A stretch of DNA of 64,000 bases from assembly GCF_011745625.1 (NCBI RefSeq), contig NW_027191485.1, positions 124,001 to 188,000 of the forward strand. The letters run 5' to 3'. A program made the translations under genes and the position numbers. Below are positions 1 to 14,287 of the stretch, in pieces. The notes below the pieces were generated by a model. The model was not told where the DNA came from. It did no database searches and saw nothing but the letters and a program-made list of their open reading frames with translations. This stretch comes from Cladosporium halotolerans (taxonomy: Eukaryota). The stretch's first letter is position 1. Each line of letters starts with the position of its first letter.

Positions 1-1201
1 TGGTTGCAGAAGGAGTGGGTGGAGAGCGGCGACGGGCAATGGAGGGAGGCGGCCCCGGGACTACCTATTCGGTGGTGAAGGAGTGTTGGAGGGCTGTGAC
101 ACAAGACATCCGGGCTGGCGTCTGTCAAGCGCGCCGGTGGTGGGCACGCGTCGATCGGGGCGGTGGTGGAGTCGCGGCGTGCACAGCACCGCGGACGATG
201 CTTGACGTAAGCCCCGCGACGCCCGCATCCGCCAAGCGCCTCGTCATGCGCGGGCGGTGCGGCAATTTTTTGTAATCTACTACACGGTTTTGATCATATG
301 GTGGGGAGCATCACGAGGCTAGGAGGTCTATGGCTGTTTGTGCGAGGTGTGAGTGAAGGGCGCTGCCGTCACTGCGAGACAGAGCAGAGCAGCGCGGGCT
401 GTCGCAGCGAGCCACCGGGCAGCGTCAGCCAGCACCGGCATCACCAGCCTCTCGCCCACGGCCCACCACAGCCAGCAGCGCGCACAGATCTCTCCGCAAA
501 TCACGCCCCCCTCCTTCTCAGCCCTACTGGGCAACGCCAAGCGCCTTCTCTCGCGCGCGCATCTCCACCCACCGAGGTCACCGTCCTATTGGCGCACGTT
601 ACGATCCGACCACCAATGTATCGCACGCAAACAGTCTTGACTTCCTCCTCGGTCCGTCTGCCCTGTAAGGCTGCGCGGATAGTTCGGCCGGTCAAGTCAT
701 CTTGGCCTTGGGCCTGTGCTGGCGCGACGCTTTCTCGCTGCCTGCTGGGCTTGACGCCCGGCTGCCGCGGCCGGAGCGGCAGTGACGGTGTATCTCCGTG
801 CTGTGTGTTGTGTGTACATGGGCTTGCGAGGCGGTGCTGAGAGCTCGCGGTGCGAAGTCTGTCACGTGCTGGTGGAATCCTGGGCTTGAAGTGCGTGTGA
901 GTACGTGGACTTCCTGTGGCTGTGGTAGAGCTAGTGGCCCGGGGGGCTTTTCGCATCCGCAACGACAAGCCACCGTAAGGATACAGTCGAAGTTCTAAAT
1001 GCGGAACGTCAAAGAGTCGTGGCTCAGCCATACAATGTGACAGAGGTATCTTCAGCCGACAGACAGCGAGCGGTGTGCCAGGCTTGCCCTGATGACCTCG
1101 CTCCAAATGGCGGGACGCACGTGTGGACCATTGCGCGTGTGTTTCGACCGAGAGAATACTCACAAACGGTAATTTACATCAATCAAGCATCAACTCGTCT
1201 C

Positions 1202-3084
1202 TTACAACCCAACCCCCTTCACCTCCCCCTCGCTCACTCCCCTCACCTGCCCCTCCACTACCTTCCCCTCAATAACCTCCCCACCCCTCCCCAACATCAA
1301 ATGCTCCACATTCACCTTCGGCCCCTTGAACCACTTCCTCGCATCAACCACCCACCAAACCACCGCCCCCAGCATCGGCGCCCCATAACACAGCGCCGTC
1401 CAATTCATACTCGCCGGGTCCAGATTCCGCCCCGTCACGCTCGGCAAGCACAGGATCGGCACCATGAGCGTCACGAACGCGCTGCCCACGGCGCCGATCG
1501 GAATGCTCGCGCGGCCCAGGTTCCAAGGGCCGGGGCGGAACCGGTTGCCGACGAAGAAGACGCGGATGACGATCGGGATCGTGAAGGCGACGAAGGCGGC
1601 GCACGCGCCGATGCTGAAGATCGCCCCGATCGCCAGCTCGCCGCCGAAGATGAGCAGCAGGCACAGAGTGCCGACCAGGCTGTTGAGCCAGACGGCGTTG
1701 ACGGGCGTGCGCGTGTAGGTGTTGACGTGCGACCAGATGCGGGAGAGGGGGAAGACGTCGTCGCGGGCGTAGGCCTGGGAGAGGAGGTAAGCTTGGGGAT
1801 CTGAGAGGGTGGAAGGGATGGAGTGGAGGCTTACGAATGTCACGCGCGACGCGGCGATCATGCAGCCCTGGCCCATGGCGAAGCCCGCGATGATGGTGAG
1901 GGAGAGCACGGCGATGACGATCTTCTGCGGCAGGATGTCGTTGAGGTAGGCCGCGAAGGGCTGGCCCAGGTCGCTCTCGAGCACCGCCGTGATGTCCACG
2001 ACTGTGTAGGCGACGACGAGCTGCAGGAACCAGCCGAACGTGCCGCCCATTGCGGAAGTGAGGAAGATGGCGCGGGGAGAGGCGACGTTGGCGTTGCTGC
2101 ATTCTTCTGCGAGGTGGAAGGGCGAGTCATAGCCGCTCATTGTCCCTGTGGGCATGTTAATGAATTTGCGAGGCGGGTCAAACCGTGGGAAGGAGATCGC
2201 TTACAGATGACTGATACGAACGACATGAGAACAGAGACTCCGGGAGCAAAATCCGTGCCATCGTAGATGGTTCCCCAGACGTCACTGGAAGGATTGAACT
2301 TGGAAAGGCCATGCGCTGTGCGGTCACAAGCCGCAGGTATGATGATGATCACGATCACCAGAGCGATGATGTTGAACGTCGAGCCAGCGCTGTTGACCTG
2401 AGCGATCCATCGCGTCGGGAAAGACGCCATCACGCTGTGGATGATCATCAACAGAACCGTAAGAAGAAAGACCTATATTCTCATCAACTGATGTCCAAAG
2501 CCTGCTTTGACACCGCAGCTCACCTGGTAATTTGTAGGCACATAGCTCGCATTCTGGATACTAGCCGCAGCCAGTATCATCGAAGCAGTGCCGTAATTCA
2601 CACTCGGCGCAGCAGTAACCTGCCCTAGCCAGTTCGACCAGCCCGTAAGCCAAGCAGCCAAAGGACCCCAGCCCGGCGGCGCCAGCACAGCAGCCGCATA
2701 GTACAGTCCTCCACTGGTCGGCATAGACGAGCACAGCTCAGCCATGGAGGACGCGATCGACTGGATGCCGACCATGGCCACCAGCCAGCCCCAGGTCATG
2801 CCGGCCGTCCCCGCGTAGCCCATGCCGTAATAGAGCGTCGAGGCGAAAGACGGCAGCAGGCCCAGGACGGCGAACGACACGCAGAACGTCGACCACAGGG
2901 TGAACTCGCGCTTGAACTCGGGCTTGTAGCCCAGCGAAGCGAGGACCTCCTCGTCGGCGTTCCACTCGTGGTCGCCCTTGTTCACGGGTATGTCGCCGCC
3001 CTCCAACACGGAGGTGACCGGCTCTTCCGCGACCGTGTGCCTGTGCCCGGTGATGGATACGGTGCTGCCTTTGTGTTCGGACAT
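1202..3084 (-). CDS. Amino acid/GABA permease (APC family, Uga4-like); introns 2473-2523, 2146-2204, 1775-1834
   Basis: LGYKPEFKREFTLWSTFCVSFAVLGLLPS, SSMAELCSSMPTSGGLYY, GYDSPFHLAEE and AASRVTFAYARD motifs; many TM segments; GT..AG introns restore the frame. Confidence 0.9.
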
Positions 3085-3810
3085 TTTGGCGCGTTGGTGT
3101 TGTTCATGGAATGGATATGGAGATCCTCGCGTGTGTATCCCGGAGTCGAAACGAGCTTGACGGTAGCAGCTCGGCAGGTTATATGCAGGGAGGGGAGAGC
3201 AACCGGAAACGCCATATTCGCCAGCAGTACATGTAGCGTGAGGTCTAGATAGCCGTAGGACTAGGGTTGATAGAGGCGGGCCAATCCCGAAGAAGAAGTG
3301 TCAACCAGAAGCGAGACAAAGAGTTTGGTGGCTGAAAAAGAGCATAATCGATCAGACAACGGCGAAGGAGAGACCATGGGTCGTAGAATTAGCCACATCA
3401 TTGTGTCGCGGGGGCGGCGCGCGTGTCGCCTGTTCGAATCAGATCGTTAATCACACATGGCGTGTGACATGCTACGACGTTGCGACGCCGTTCGGTCCAG
3501 CAGAGTGACCCTCGCTCCATGCCGGGCGATTGCGATCGTGGATTTCTGGAGTATCGTCAACTAACGCATGACCTGTCGCGTGGTGTTACCATCGCCTTAT
3601 CACCATTCGAGTCTCGTGGTATGGTCAGCCTGTAAGAGCGGGGGAAGGTAACTCAATGGAGGAGGTTCAAGCGGAGAAGCGATAAGAAACGACAGGGGTC
3701 CTCGGCTAGATAGCTCGCGTGAATGGCCAATGTACGAGTGCTTGGAGCGTTTAAAGACAGAGAGACGCTGTATAAATGAAGGCCTGCAAGGAAGAATGGA
3801 ATGCCCATCG

Positions 3811-3988
3811 GTCATCCAGAGATCTGAGGTCCATAGATTTTCTGGACTCTGATTACTCCTAGGTATCTCTGTTTTTCGGAATAAAAAGAATTCACGCGGT
3901 ACCTTTTTCAACCGGCTATCGAGACCACGTTTTAATCTGGAGAGTAAGATACTCGACTCTGTAAGAACGCATCGTAATCTTGAAAAGC
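3811..3988 (+). repeat. Diverged intergenic direct repeat, copy A (copy B at 7841-8023)
   Basis: Colinear shared blocks ctaggtatctc / ataaaa / ttcacg.ggt / accttt / cggct.tcgagacc / aagaacgc.tcgtaatctt.aaaag. Confidence 0.75.
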
Positions 3989-4160
3989 TTTAATGCTTTC
4001 GCATGCATAGTGGGCGGGGGCACAAATATAAGTGTATCTTATGATGTAGTGAGTATGCTTCCAGTTATCCAACCCTGAACCACGAATCAATCGCTCGCTT
4101 CTCGTAAAACATGACGCTCGAAAACATATCAAGTAGACAAACAAACAGGACTTCCCTTAA

Positions 4161-5324
4161 TCAAAACCGCTTCTTCGCTTGCTTGGCCAAGGCCTCAAGC
4201 TTTCGCCTCTTCTCCCGCTTCAATCTCTCCTCTTCCTCCAAGGCTTCCTGGTCTTCTCTGCGTGCAGCGCGTGCAGCAGCGGCCTCTTCACGTTCCATTT
4301 CGTCGAAGCCTCCCTCCATATCGTCCGACTCGGACATGTAATCGTCTTCCTCTTCTTCCTCGGCATCCGACAAATCGGACCATGATGCATAGCCGCCGTA
4401 TTTGTCTTGCCCACCAAACTTGTCCTTCTGTTTCACCGGCTTCACAGGCTGTGAGGGGTCTGCTTTCCTCATCGTACCAGAGTAGCTGAGCGGCGTCGGA
4501 CCTTTTCGCATAGTACCCTTATAGCCCACATCAGCGGGACCTTTCTTTTGCTGAGATCCGGGCTTGCCGTCACCCGGAGTCCCGCTCCTGCTCCTGCCAG
4601 CCTGCTGAGCCATCTTTCCCTTCACTGGTGCCCCCTTCTGCTTTTGCTTCTCGGCCGCCTCCTGAGCCGCTCTTCGCTCCCTTTCTCTCTTCGATAGCTT
4701 CTCCACAGGTTTGTGAACGATGTTGCTGGCGCCAGTTGTCTTTGCTGCCTGTTGTGCTGCGGCAGCTCGGGCGAGAGTAGCGGCGAATCCTCCTTTCTTC
4801 GCCGCGGGAGCAGGTGCAGGGGCGGGTCCGGATCCAGGTTTGGGTGCAGCCGCGGGAGCGGCAGTGGGCTTCGCATTTGTGGTTGTCGCAGGCCTTGTCG
4901 CCGGATTAGCGGATGCTGGAGCACGGGCAGTGCCCTTATACGAGCCAGCGACGGCTGGACCAGATGTTGTGGCGTTTGCTCCAGGTGTCTTCGTGGGTTG
5001 CGTCGCTCGCGACATCGGCGCGCCAGCCTCAGTCTTCACTGTCTTCGATGCAATTCCAGAACCTCCATCCTCGGCCTTCCGCTTCAGTGTCGATGCTCCT
5101 GCGGGGTTGGCGGGTTTCGCGCTTTGGTTTGCGATTGCGGTAGGCTTCGGTTTGGGCGCGGGCGACGACGAAGCCGCGGGTCTCGAGGCAGGCGACGGCT
5201 GAGTATTTGCTGCGGGTCCATCCTTACCCACTGATGCCAATAGAGCGGCGAACTAGAGGAAAGAAGTTAGAGGACTGTTGTTTGAGTGCGATGAGGGGAG
5301 TTGAGAATGACGTACCGAGGACAT
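4161..5324 (-). CDS. SPT2: SPT2 chromatin protein; intron 5253-5315
   Basis: C-terminal SPT2 signature ESDDMEGGFDEMEREE...ARREDQEALEEEERLKREK; GYKGT motifs; 9-nt first exon ATGTCCTCG|GTACGT. Confidence 0.8.
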
Positions 5325-5827
5325 GATGTCTGTTGCCTGCTCGTAGTTGATACTGTGCTGTGATCTGCTGAATTGTGCTGCCTCCGGCCCAAAGAGAATG
5401 TTCAGGGCATTAGGAAGGTGATGAGGATGCGACCTGGGGTCAGAGGCAGTCTTATATAGACAGGAAAGATTCAAAACATGTGTACAGTGACTTCGGCACT
5501 CGCTTGACAAGAGGCGAGGGCTCGGAAGCACGACGGCCCTTTCCGATGGAAGCTGGCGAATGCCGCGAACAAGCCAGCCTAAGGCAAACTCTTGGCGGCC
5601 CACGCAGGTGCGAGATTTCCAGCTTTTGCGGAGCGCGAGCGGCTAGTACTTTTCGCAACGACCACCCATCTCCCCAGGACTCGAAGATTCAGTCTGCGCA
5701 GCGCGCTTAAAAGTGATTGATTCTCCTGTCTCTACGAAACACCCGACAGTGAGTCCCCGCCGCGACATATCCACCGCACATGCGACGCAACAGCGAACTG
5801 ACGAATTGAGCGACAGACACCGTCAAG

Positions 5828-6232
5828 ATGAAGTACATGGCAGCTTACCTCCTCCTCAGCCTGGGCGGCAACACCTCCCCCTCTGCTGAGGACATCAAGG
5901 GCGTGCTCAGCTCTGTCGGCATCGACGCCGACGAGGAGCGTCTCTCCACCCTCCTCAAGGAGCTCGAGGGCAAGGACATCAACGAGGTAAGGCATCTGAA
6001 TATGCGAAAAACGCGCGAAACCGCCCATTGCACAGTTCAAGACTAACACACTTTCCAGCTGATCTCTTCCGGCTCTGAGAAGCTTGCCTCCGTTCCCTCT
6101 GGTGGCGCCGCCGCCCCCGCTGCTGGTGGTGCCGCCGCCGGTGGTGCTGCCGCCGAGGAGGCCCCCGCCGCCGCCAAGGAGGAGGAGAAGGAGGAGTCCG
6201 ACGACGACATGGGCTTCGGTCTGTTCGACTAA
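5828..6232 (+). CDS. RPP2: 60S acidic ribosomal protein P2; intron 5987-6058
   Basis: [35 protein letters not shown]... and C-terminal [16 protein letters not shown]. Confidence 0.98.
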
Positions 6233-6647
6233 GCGCGAACTCCAACTCCGGATGTTTGACATGAAAGCCTGGCTATGGGATGGCTTTTGGTTGATGAAGG
6301 GCGCGACTGGATTGATCTATGGAAAGTGGGGGGCAAGGAAAATGGCAATGTCATGGACTTGTCGTTCGCGAGGATGCAAGCCCGGCGTCCGGTTATCTTC
6401 GCAATGAAACCAACTTCATCGGCCAATATTGTTTCACTCACATGTTTCTGTGACCATATACCTGCGCATCCCGCGACAGCATTTGCGATTCCCTTGCTTC
6501 TTAGCAGAGGGCTGAGTCGCAGACCATTATTGCCATATATCCAGCTGTTGAATTGATGCACCATCCATAACACCAACTCTACTTCTGCATTTGCACCAAA
6601 ACGATCTATGTCCTGCCATACGGCCTCGACATTGCGCGGGGCTCCTG

Positions 6648-6655
6648 TCACGTGA
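6648..6655. promoter_or_regulatory. Palindromic E-box TCACGTGA (Cbf1-type) about 160 bp upstream of RPS15
   Basis: Exact TCACGTGA; Cbf1 sites are known in ribosomal-protein promoters of some ascomycetes; function here is inferred. Confidence 0.35.
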
Positions 6656-6809
6656 TCGCAAAAAGTTCGCGGCACCTTCCGCAGTCCCACTGGTGCTTGG
6701 CAGAATTCGAAATGCGCTCCTCAAGAAACCTTCCGCTGGCTGTGCGTGAACGACTTCCGACCCAAGCGACCGCCGACAGACACATCTCCATCCGTCAACA
6801 GCAGACAAG

Positions 6810-7582
<773 letters not shown>

Positions 7583-7840
7583 AGTATTCTACTGGGAAGG
7601 AAGACGGTAATCTGCTGTATTTTGTGGCGGAGTATTGGGAGATGGAACTTTTTCTGGAGCACGTAGCATAATGAAATGTGTTCCTGCTTCTGAACCTTGG
7701 GCTTTCTGTTTACTCAATCGAGTGTGTGACGTTTGCAATGCTATGTTGAACCACATGATATCCCATTTGCCATACCGCACACTACCCTGGTTCAGAGACC
7801 ATGAGCAAGCCGGCGCCATCAATAGCTGTTGCACCCTTCG

Positions 7841-8023
7841 CTCATCCGAGTGTTTCTGTGACATGAGATTGTCTATTAGTCTCACTACTGCTAGGTATCT
7901 CCGGAACGAAAGATAAAAGATTCACGTGGTGCTACCTTTCTCTATCGGCTCTCGAGACCGAATGTTGAGCCGGAGGGTAGGTGATGTGTTCACCCTAAAA
8001 GAACGCGTCGTAATCTTCAAAAG
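7841..8023 (+). repeat. Diverged intergenic direct repeat, copy B (copy A at 3811-3988)
   Basis: Same colinear blocks as copy A. Confidence 0.75.
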
Positions 8024-8990
8024 TCTACAGTCTATCAGCTGCGCGATGGACTCGCGGACGACGAGACATCGATCACGATCCAGCAGCCTGATGCTGCCAC
8101 CACTTTGACGCCAAAGTTTCTGCACTTCCTACGCTTGCTACGTATAGTCGATAAGGTAGATTCTCCAAGTAAAAGTTCAGAGTGAATAGTCTGAAGGAGA
8201 AGGTAGCGCGTTATTCTTTGTTTTCTTTGGGAAAACCGAGGCGCTCTGAAAAGATCACTTGATGATTTCCGACAAGCGATGTGCACACCGATCACGATTC
8301 AGAGGCTTGATCCTGCCAGCCCTGATCGATCCGGTCCAGACTCGACAATGCCACACTACGCGTCACGGCGATGTGTTCAGTGTTCACACTAGGGAATATG
8401 ACACCCCCATTGTTTTTACGGGGCGTTGACAGCCGTGACAGCCATGGACGTGCGACGGATTCATCAACCGTGCGCAAGGAGTGGTGCTAGCGGTGTGCAA
8501 CCTCCGCCTGCAGTGGCCGCGCACTTCCTGTTGTGCAACAACAACATTCATTGACCGCCATCACAATCGAGTACATTTATCGACAACGGTGAGTCTTCAC
8601 GACGCGCTGAGATGGGCAGATCGCCTTCAATATGCAAAGATCGTTTCTAGAAGAAATGTGATGGCGCTCAGGCCCATTACACCCCGTTTCGGCCCAAGTC
8701 CATGGTGAAACCGGAAGCAAACGGGCCTTGTACCAGGATGCCCTGGGAGGGTGCAGCCCTACCGCCTGATACAGATGCAGTGCTCCGTACTCTTGAGCGC
8801 GAAGAATGATCCTGTGGGTAGATAAATCCTTTCCCCGGTGCGTCTGCACCCGGTGCGACCATCCGTTCATACAGTACATTCAAGACCCTTACGACCAGAC
8901 CTTCAACGACACTTCTTTTGTTTGCATACACTCTCGTTTCTTTTCAAATACCCGAAACGCTCTCTTCTTTGTCATCTCATTCCACGTATC

Positions 8991-9937
8991 ATGCCTCCAC
9001 GCTTCCTGATACGCATGCGCAGCCAAGTTGCCATGCAGAAGCAATGGCATCAGGACCCTTCACCAGACCCTCCTCCTTATGAGTTGCCAGATGCCTTCAA
9101 TGTTCAGGAAAGCCAACCTGAACAACGGCAACCGTCAGGCCAATCATATGAGGCACCACCTGCGTACCGACGACGTCAACAAGGCATTCTCGACGCGTCG
9201 ACCGACCTGCATTCCTTTCCAGAACATAGCACCATTCTGGTCGTTGGAGCCTTCAGCCGGCAGGGCATGCACATCATCGACCGACTCCTCGACCAAGGCT
9301 ACCGAGTTCGTGGCGCGGTCTCGGATAGCCGAGAAGCGGCTCAGACATCCAAGTATTTCGAAGCCAGACATGACCGCGACCAGTACAATTCTTGCATCAT
9401 CCCGGACATGACCCTCGAGGATGCCTTCAAGACAGCCGTCGATAGCTGCTCGGGGATCATTTTTGTCGCGGGGAATCGCACTTCTGCCGCGAACGCCAGA
9501 GGACCTGTCTTCCAGAAAGTGGAGAACGTACTGGACGCGGCGAAGAAGGAAGGCAGGATGTACAGATTCGTTTACTGCACTCCTGGCTGCGGTGCTGTTG
9601 CAACAGTGCAGTCTTCGGATGGGAGAAGAGACCCACCTGCGTACGAGACTAGGCGCAATTATCGTGTCAATGCTTCCAAAGACAGCACGGAAGCGGCAAT
9701 CTGGGACTGGGCGTACAGATCGCAGCCCGGGTTTGCCCTCGACACTGGTGAGTGCTTAACCCTGACCGTGAGATCTGTAACAAAAATTGACTGATCCTTT
9801 TCGTAGTATCGCTTCCTAGTTCCTTCGGTGCCGTTTCAAATGGTGTGGTCAATGGCCCTACGGTCTTTCAACGATCATTAGGCAGCTCCCACCCTCTCAG
9901 ACGCTCAAGCCCGCAGCCGATTGGCACAGCGATGTAA
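8991..9937 (+). CDS. Degenerate NAD(P)-dependent epimerase/Gre2-like reductase-fold protein with PPxY motifs; intron 9748-9806
   Basis: STILVVGAFSRQGMHIIDRLLDQGYRVRGAV, IPDMTLEDAFKTAVDSCSGIIFVA and ASKDSTEAAIWDW resemble the aldehyde reductase II/Gre2 family; catalytic motifs are altered. Confidence 0.7.
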
Positions 9938-11354
9938 CACCATACAGCCTTCGTCACGAATTCTGAAGGCGATTGATGCCTTCCGCGGCATCACCAGCAC
10001 ACATACTGCGGGTGTCGATGGCAACCCCAAACAATTGTCCGAGTCGCGCTGGCCGTGCACCAGGGCTTTGAGACGGTGTCGTATGCGCTGGCTGGCCTAA
10101 ATCGACGGAAACCTCACATTAGAGGTTGACTGCCTTCGAGAATCAGCATCGAGGCGAACAATCGCTGCGCCCAGGAGGTGTATGCAACATCATGACTCAA
10201 GACTTTCATAGCTCTACATATAGGTGCTCATCTGGAATGAGATACATGAATGACAACAAATTTTAAAGTGTTCGAGTGGAGCATCAATTGCACCCATAGT
10301 TTCCCGGACGTCACGGTTCGTTAGGCGGTATTGCAAGTCAGAAGATGTTTCATTCAAGTTGCGTCGGAGATGCCTGTCGCACCTCCCTGAGATCAGGAGT
10401 CTCTCGACATCAACGACCTGACAGCAGTCCCTTAGGCTCGCGTCAACGCAAGGACGAGTAAACAGAAATGAGACCTTCATGTTGTTAAAGTTGCATCTCC
10501 CCTACTATGAATGCATATCAATGTACATCGAGGTAGTAACTAGAGACATTTCATCGATAACTCTGTAGTAAGCGGGAAAAAGGTTGATCGCGTTGTGAAT
10601 GAGCTCTTTGATGATGATACTTCGGACTGGCATGATTATAGGAAAAATCAGCACGTCGGAGACGTTCCTGCTAAGTAAAGCCCATATCCTCTGCTATGAG
10701 TGCTTGCATCAACGTACATAAAATCTAGCTATGCCGAACATGGCACCAAGAACAATGCGCCAAGCTGGTCAAACGTATCAAAATAGGCCACTCCCTAAGT
10801 CAAGCTCCTATAGTCAATAGTCATATCAGCGTACGTCGAAGGACCTGCGAACGCGCCACTGAGATGAATTGCGGTCGATCAAGTGTCAGAATTCTCGCAA
10901 CACTGCCAGCCATACTTGCGCCTATCAAGCCAGTAGGGACCGCCAGGTTGCCATGAGAATTGCCTGTCAAAAAATTTGGTAGTATTCAATCACGTCACCA
11001 TACATACCTATAGCGACAAGCAGCAAAGCTCATCACCTTAGCCCAAACTCTGCTTCCTGCATTGAGCTTAAGCTGAAGATCGCCCGAGCATATCATATGA
11101 GCTCGAATGTCATCACAGAGAAAGATATAAAAGTAAATAGGAGCCATAGTGAAGTTACAAAAGAAACAGGTACTCGCGTATCTACAAATTGCTACACTGC
11201 GTGCCATCACCTCACAGATGGCTTGGGAAAGCGTAAGAGGAAATCTCAATACTGCTTTCTACGCTTCTCAGTCGCTCTTCTGTAATATACACGAAACTTC
11301 CGCCATCTTGTCCCTAGAATTTTTCATCTAATCACCCGATCCTCGATGAACACT

Positions 11355-13662
11355 CTACGAGAAGTTCTTGTTGAAGCTGACGACAATGTCCTTGACCTTG
11401 GCCTCGAGCTCCTTGCTGAGGGCACCCTCGTTGCCAAGCTTGGTGAGGAAGTCGCTCTCGTTGGAGCGGAGGTGAGCAAGGAAGTCAGACTCCCACTGGA
11501 GGATCTTGTTGACGGGGATGTTGTCGAGGTAACCGTTGATACCAGCGAAGATGAGGGGAACCATCTCGTTGACGGCCATGGGCTGGTACTGCTTCTGCTT
11601 GAGCAGCTCGGTGAGACGCTCACCACGGTTGAGGGTCTGCTTGGTGGCAGCGTCAAGGTCAGAGCCGAACTGGGCGAAGGCAGCAACCTCACGGTACTGG
11701 GCCAAGAAAAGCTTCAGGGAACCAGCGACCTGCTTCATGGCCTTGAGCTGAGCGGCGGAGCCGACACGAGACACAGACAGACCGACGTTGATGGCGGGGC
11801 GGATACCCTTGTAGAAGAGCTCAGCCTCCAAGAAGATCTGACCGTCGGTGATGGAAATGACGTTGGTGGGAATGTAAGCAGAGACGTCACCACCCTGGGT
11901 CTCAATGACGGGAAGGGCAGTGAGGGAACCGCCACCGAACTTGTCGCTCATCTTGGCGGAACGCTCGAGGAGACGAGAGTGGAGGTAGAAAACGCTGGAG
12001 GTTGTCAGAATGCGTTCTGTAGCTGCGGAAAACTCAAAATACTCACTCGCCGGGGTAGGCCTCACGTCCAGGGGGACGACGGAGGAGGAGAGACATCTGA
12101 CGGTAGGCAACGGCCTGCTTGGACAGATCGTCGTAGACGATGACAGCGTGCTTTCCATTGTCCCTAAACCATTCTCCTATTTTCAATTCAGGGTTAGCGG
12201 GATGAAGCAGATGGTAGCGGCACAAGTTGCCTTACTACCAGTGAGAAACGGATTTGAACTTACCCATGGAAGTACCGGTGAATGGTGCAATATACTGCAG
12301 AGGACTTGGAAGGAACAAGAACCGTCAGCTAAAAGTGTCCAGCAGCAAATGAGAACTTCGCAGGGGGAGAAGGGGGGGGGGGATTTCACTTACGCGGCCT
12401 CAGAGGCAGTGGCGGCAACGACGATGGAGTACTTCATGGCGTCGTTCTCCTCGAGGGACTGGACGAGCTGGGCGACAGTGGAACGCTTCTGACCAACGGC
12501 GACGTAGATGCAGTAAAGCTTCTGGGTCTCGTCCTTGCCGTTGTTCCACCTCTTCTGGTTGAGGATGGCGTCAAGAGCGACGGCAGTCTTACCGGTCTGA
12601 CGGTCACCAATGATAAGCTCACGCTGGCCACGGCCGATGGGAACCATGGCGTCAACGGACTTGAGACCAGTCTGCACGGGCTGGTTGACGGAGCGGCGGG
12701 GAAGGATACCGGGGGCCTTCTCCTGGGCACGGCGCTTCTCGGTGGTCTTGATGGGACCCTTGCCGTCAATGGGGTTGCCGAGGGCGTCAACGACACGGCC
12801 GAGGAGAGCCTCGCCGACGGGAACGTCGACCTGGAGTATGAGAGTCAGTATATGGTTCGAGTGGCGTCACTAGATCTCGGGAGGAGCTTACAATCTCGCC
12901 GGTACGCTTGACGGACTCGCCCTCACGGACAAGTCTGTCGGAACCGAAAAGCACAACACCGACCTGGCCGGCCTCGAGGTTCATGCACATGCCCTTGACA
13001 CCGGAGGCGAACCTGCCCGATGCGTTAGTATTCCGGTCGAATGGAGGCTTGGCGGCAAATTAAAGATGCGACGTACTCGACGAGCTCCTCAGCCTGGACG
13101 TTGTTCATGCCGTGAACACGGGCGATACCGTCACTGAATATCCCGTCAGTCCATGTTGTTCGTTATGATCCTCGATGATATTTTTCCCGTACCCGACGGA
13201 GAGGACGCGGCCGGTCTCGGCGAGACCGGACTCCTCCTGGACACCGCGGATCCTCTGCTCGAGGATAGAGGTGACCTCGGTCGGGGAGGCCTTGGCGTCA
13301 GCGGCATAGCTGCGAGCGAAGGAGTTGACGATGGGGGCGGTGTTGCGCGCCTGTATGGAAGAAGCTGTCGTTAGCGCGCTAGTCCCTGAAGCCAGCTCGG
13401 AGCTGGGGCAGCAGCATCTTCGCTCCAGCCCGACGTCGCCGTGCAGCGCCATCCCAACCATTGATGCTCCGTCCCATGCGCATTCCGAGCGATGGCGGCG
13501 GCCATTGAGGCGTCTGGGCGGCAGACGTGACGGCGGGCGGTCGAGGTCGAGAGCTGCTGCGCCGGCGGCGAGGTGTCAAGGAGTACATACCGCAGAAATT
13601 CTGCTGCTGGCGGCGACGGCGCCGGCCGCGCGCGAGCTCGTCCTGAGAGCGGTCCTGAACAT
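11355..13662 (-). CDS. ATP1: Mitochondrial ATP synthase F1 subunit alpha; exons 13662-13591, 13350-13193, 13133-13077, 13012-12892, 12830-12394, 12304-12264, 12176-12047, 11994-11355
   Basis: [18 protein letters not shown]-loop, [38 protein letters not shown]; Arg/Ser/Ala-rich presequence. Confidence 0.98.
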
Positions 13663-14287
13663 TGTGAAGCTGAGTGAGGTGATGAGACCGCTTCCTCAGC
13701 AATGCGGCGATGGTTTAGAGATGGATGAGCGGAGAAGGGAGATGTGGTGGTGATGTCCAGTAGCGAAGCGGGTGAGCGAGGAAAGAGCTGCTCTCTTCCG
13801 CAGCGGCCGTGCACAGCTGGTCCTTGGCGTCGCTCTAGGGGCTGCCCGAGCGACGGCGACGACTTGTGGCGGGAGGTGATGGTTGGCACTTCTAGTTGTT
13901 TTCGCACGAGCTCTGCAATGCGATGCTCTTCACTTTGCAGTGGACGTCAGGCTCACTCATCGACAATGCCTGCTGCTTGCTGCAATACTGTGTTTCCTCT
14001 CACATGACGCCTCAGGCAGAAACGCGGTTCCGAAAAAGCCCGCCCGTCTAGTTTCCTCGGCACTAGCCTCCAATTGGCCCATGTTCACCCAGGCTGTCGC
14101 ACTACTACTACACCTGATCTCATCGGCAGTCAGCATCTCGACCACCAGAAGTGTGAGGTTGCTCGACCCGACAGTCAGTTCAACTTCGCTGCTACTCCAT
14201 CGTGTTGTAGCCACATACCACCAAATCCTTTTCCAACTCTGCCGCCGCTCCTCGAAACCCTTCTGGCCCAGCCTTATCGCCTTCAAC

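Noticed and set aside
15..1163. Several overlapping ORFs at the window start
   Set aside because: No codon bias or motifs; probably promoter/UTR of a gene outside the window.
8250..8326. TGATGA...CTGA box C/D-like segment containing TTGATCCTGCCAG (identical to the 18S 5' end; its complement also occurs at about 29826-29838)
   Set aside because: The match is sense rather than antisense relative to the boxes; 13-nt matches to rRNA are expected by chance in 64 kb.
10545..10625. Possible inverted third copy of the 3811/7841 repeat (gaaaaaggt...cgcgt...tgaat)
   Set aside because: Similarity too patchy to support by eye.
12264..12304. 41-nt ATP1 exon considered for mutually exclusive splicing
   Set aside because: No duplicate exon found in the flanking introns; it is an ordinary constitutive exon.
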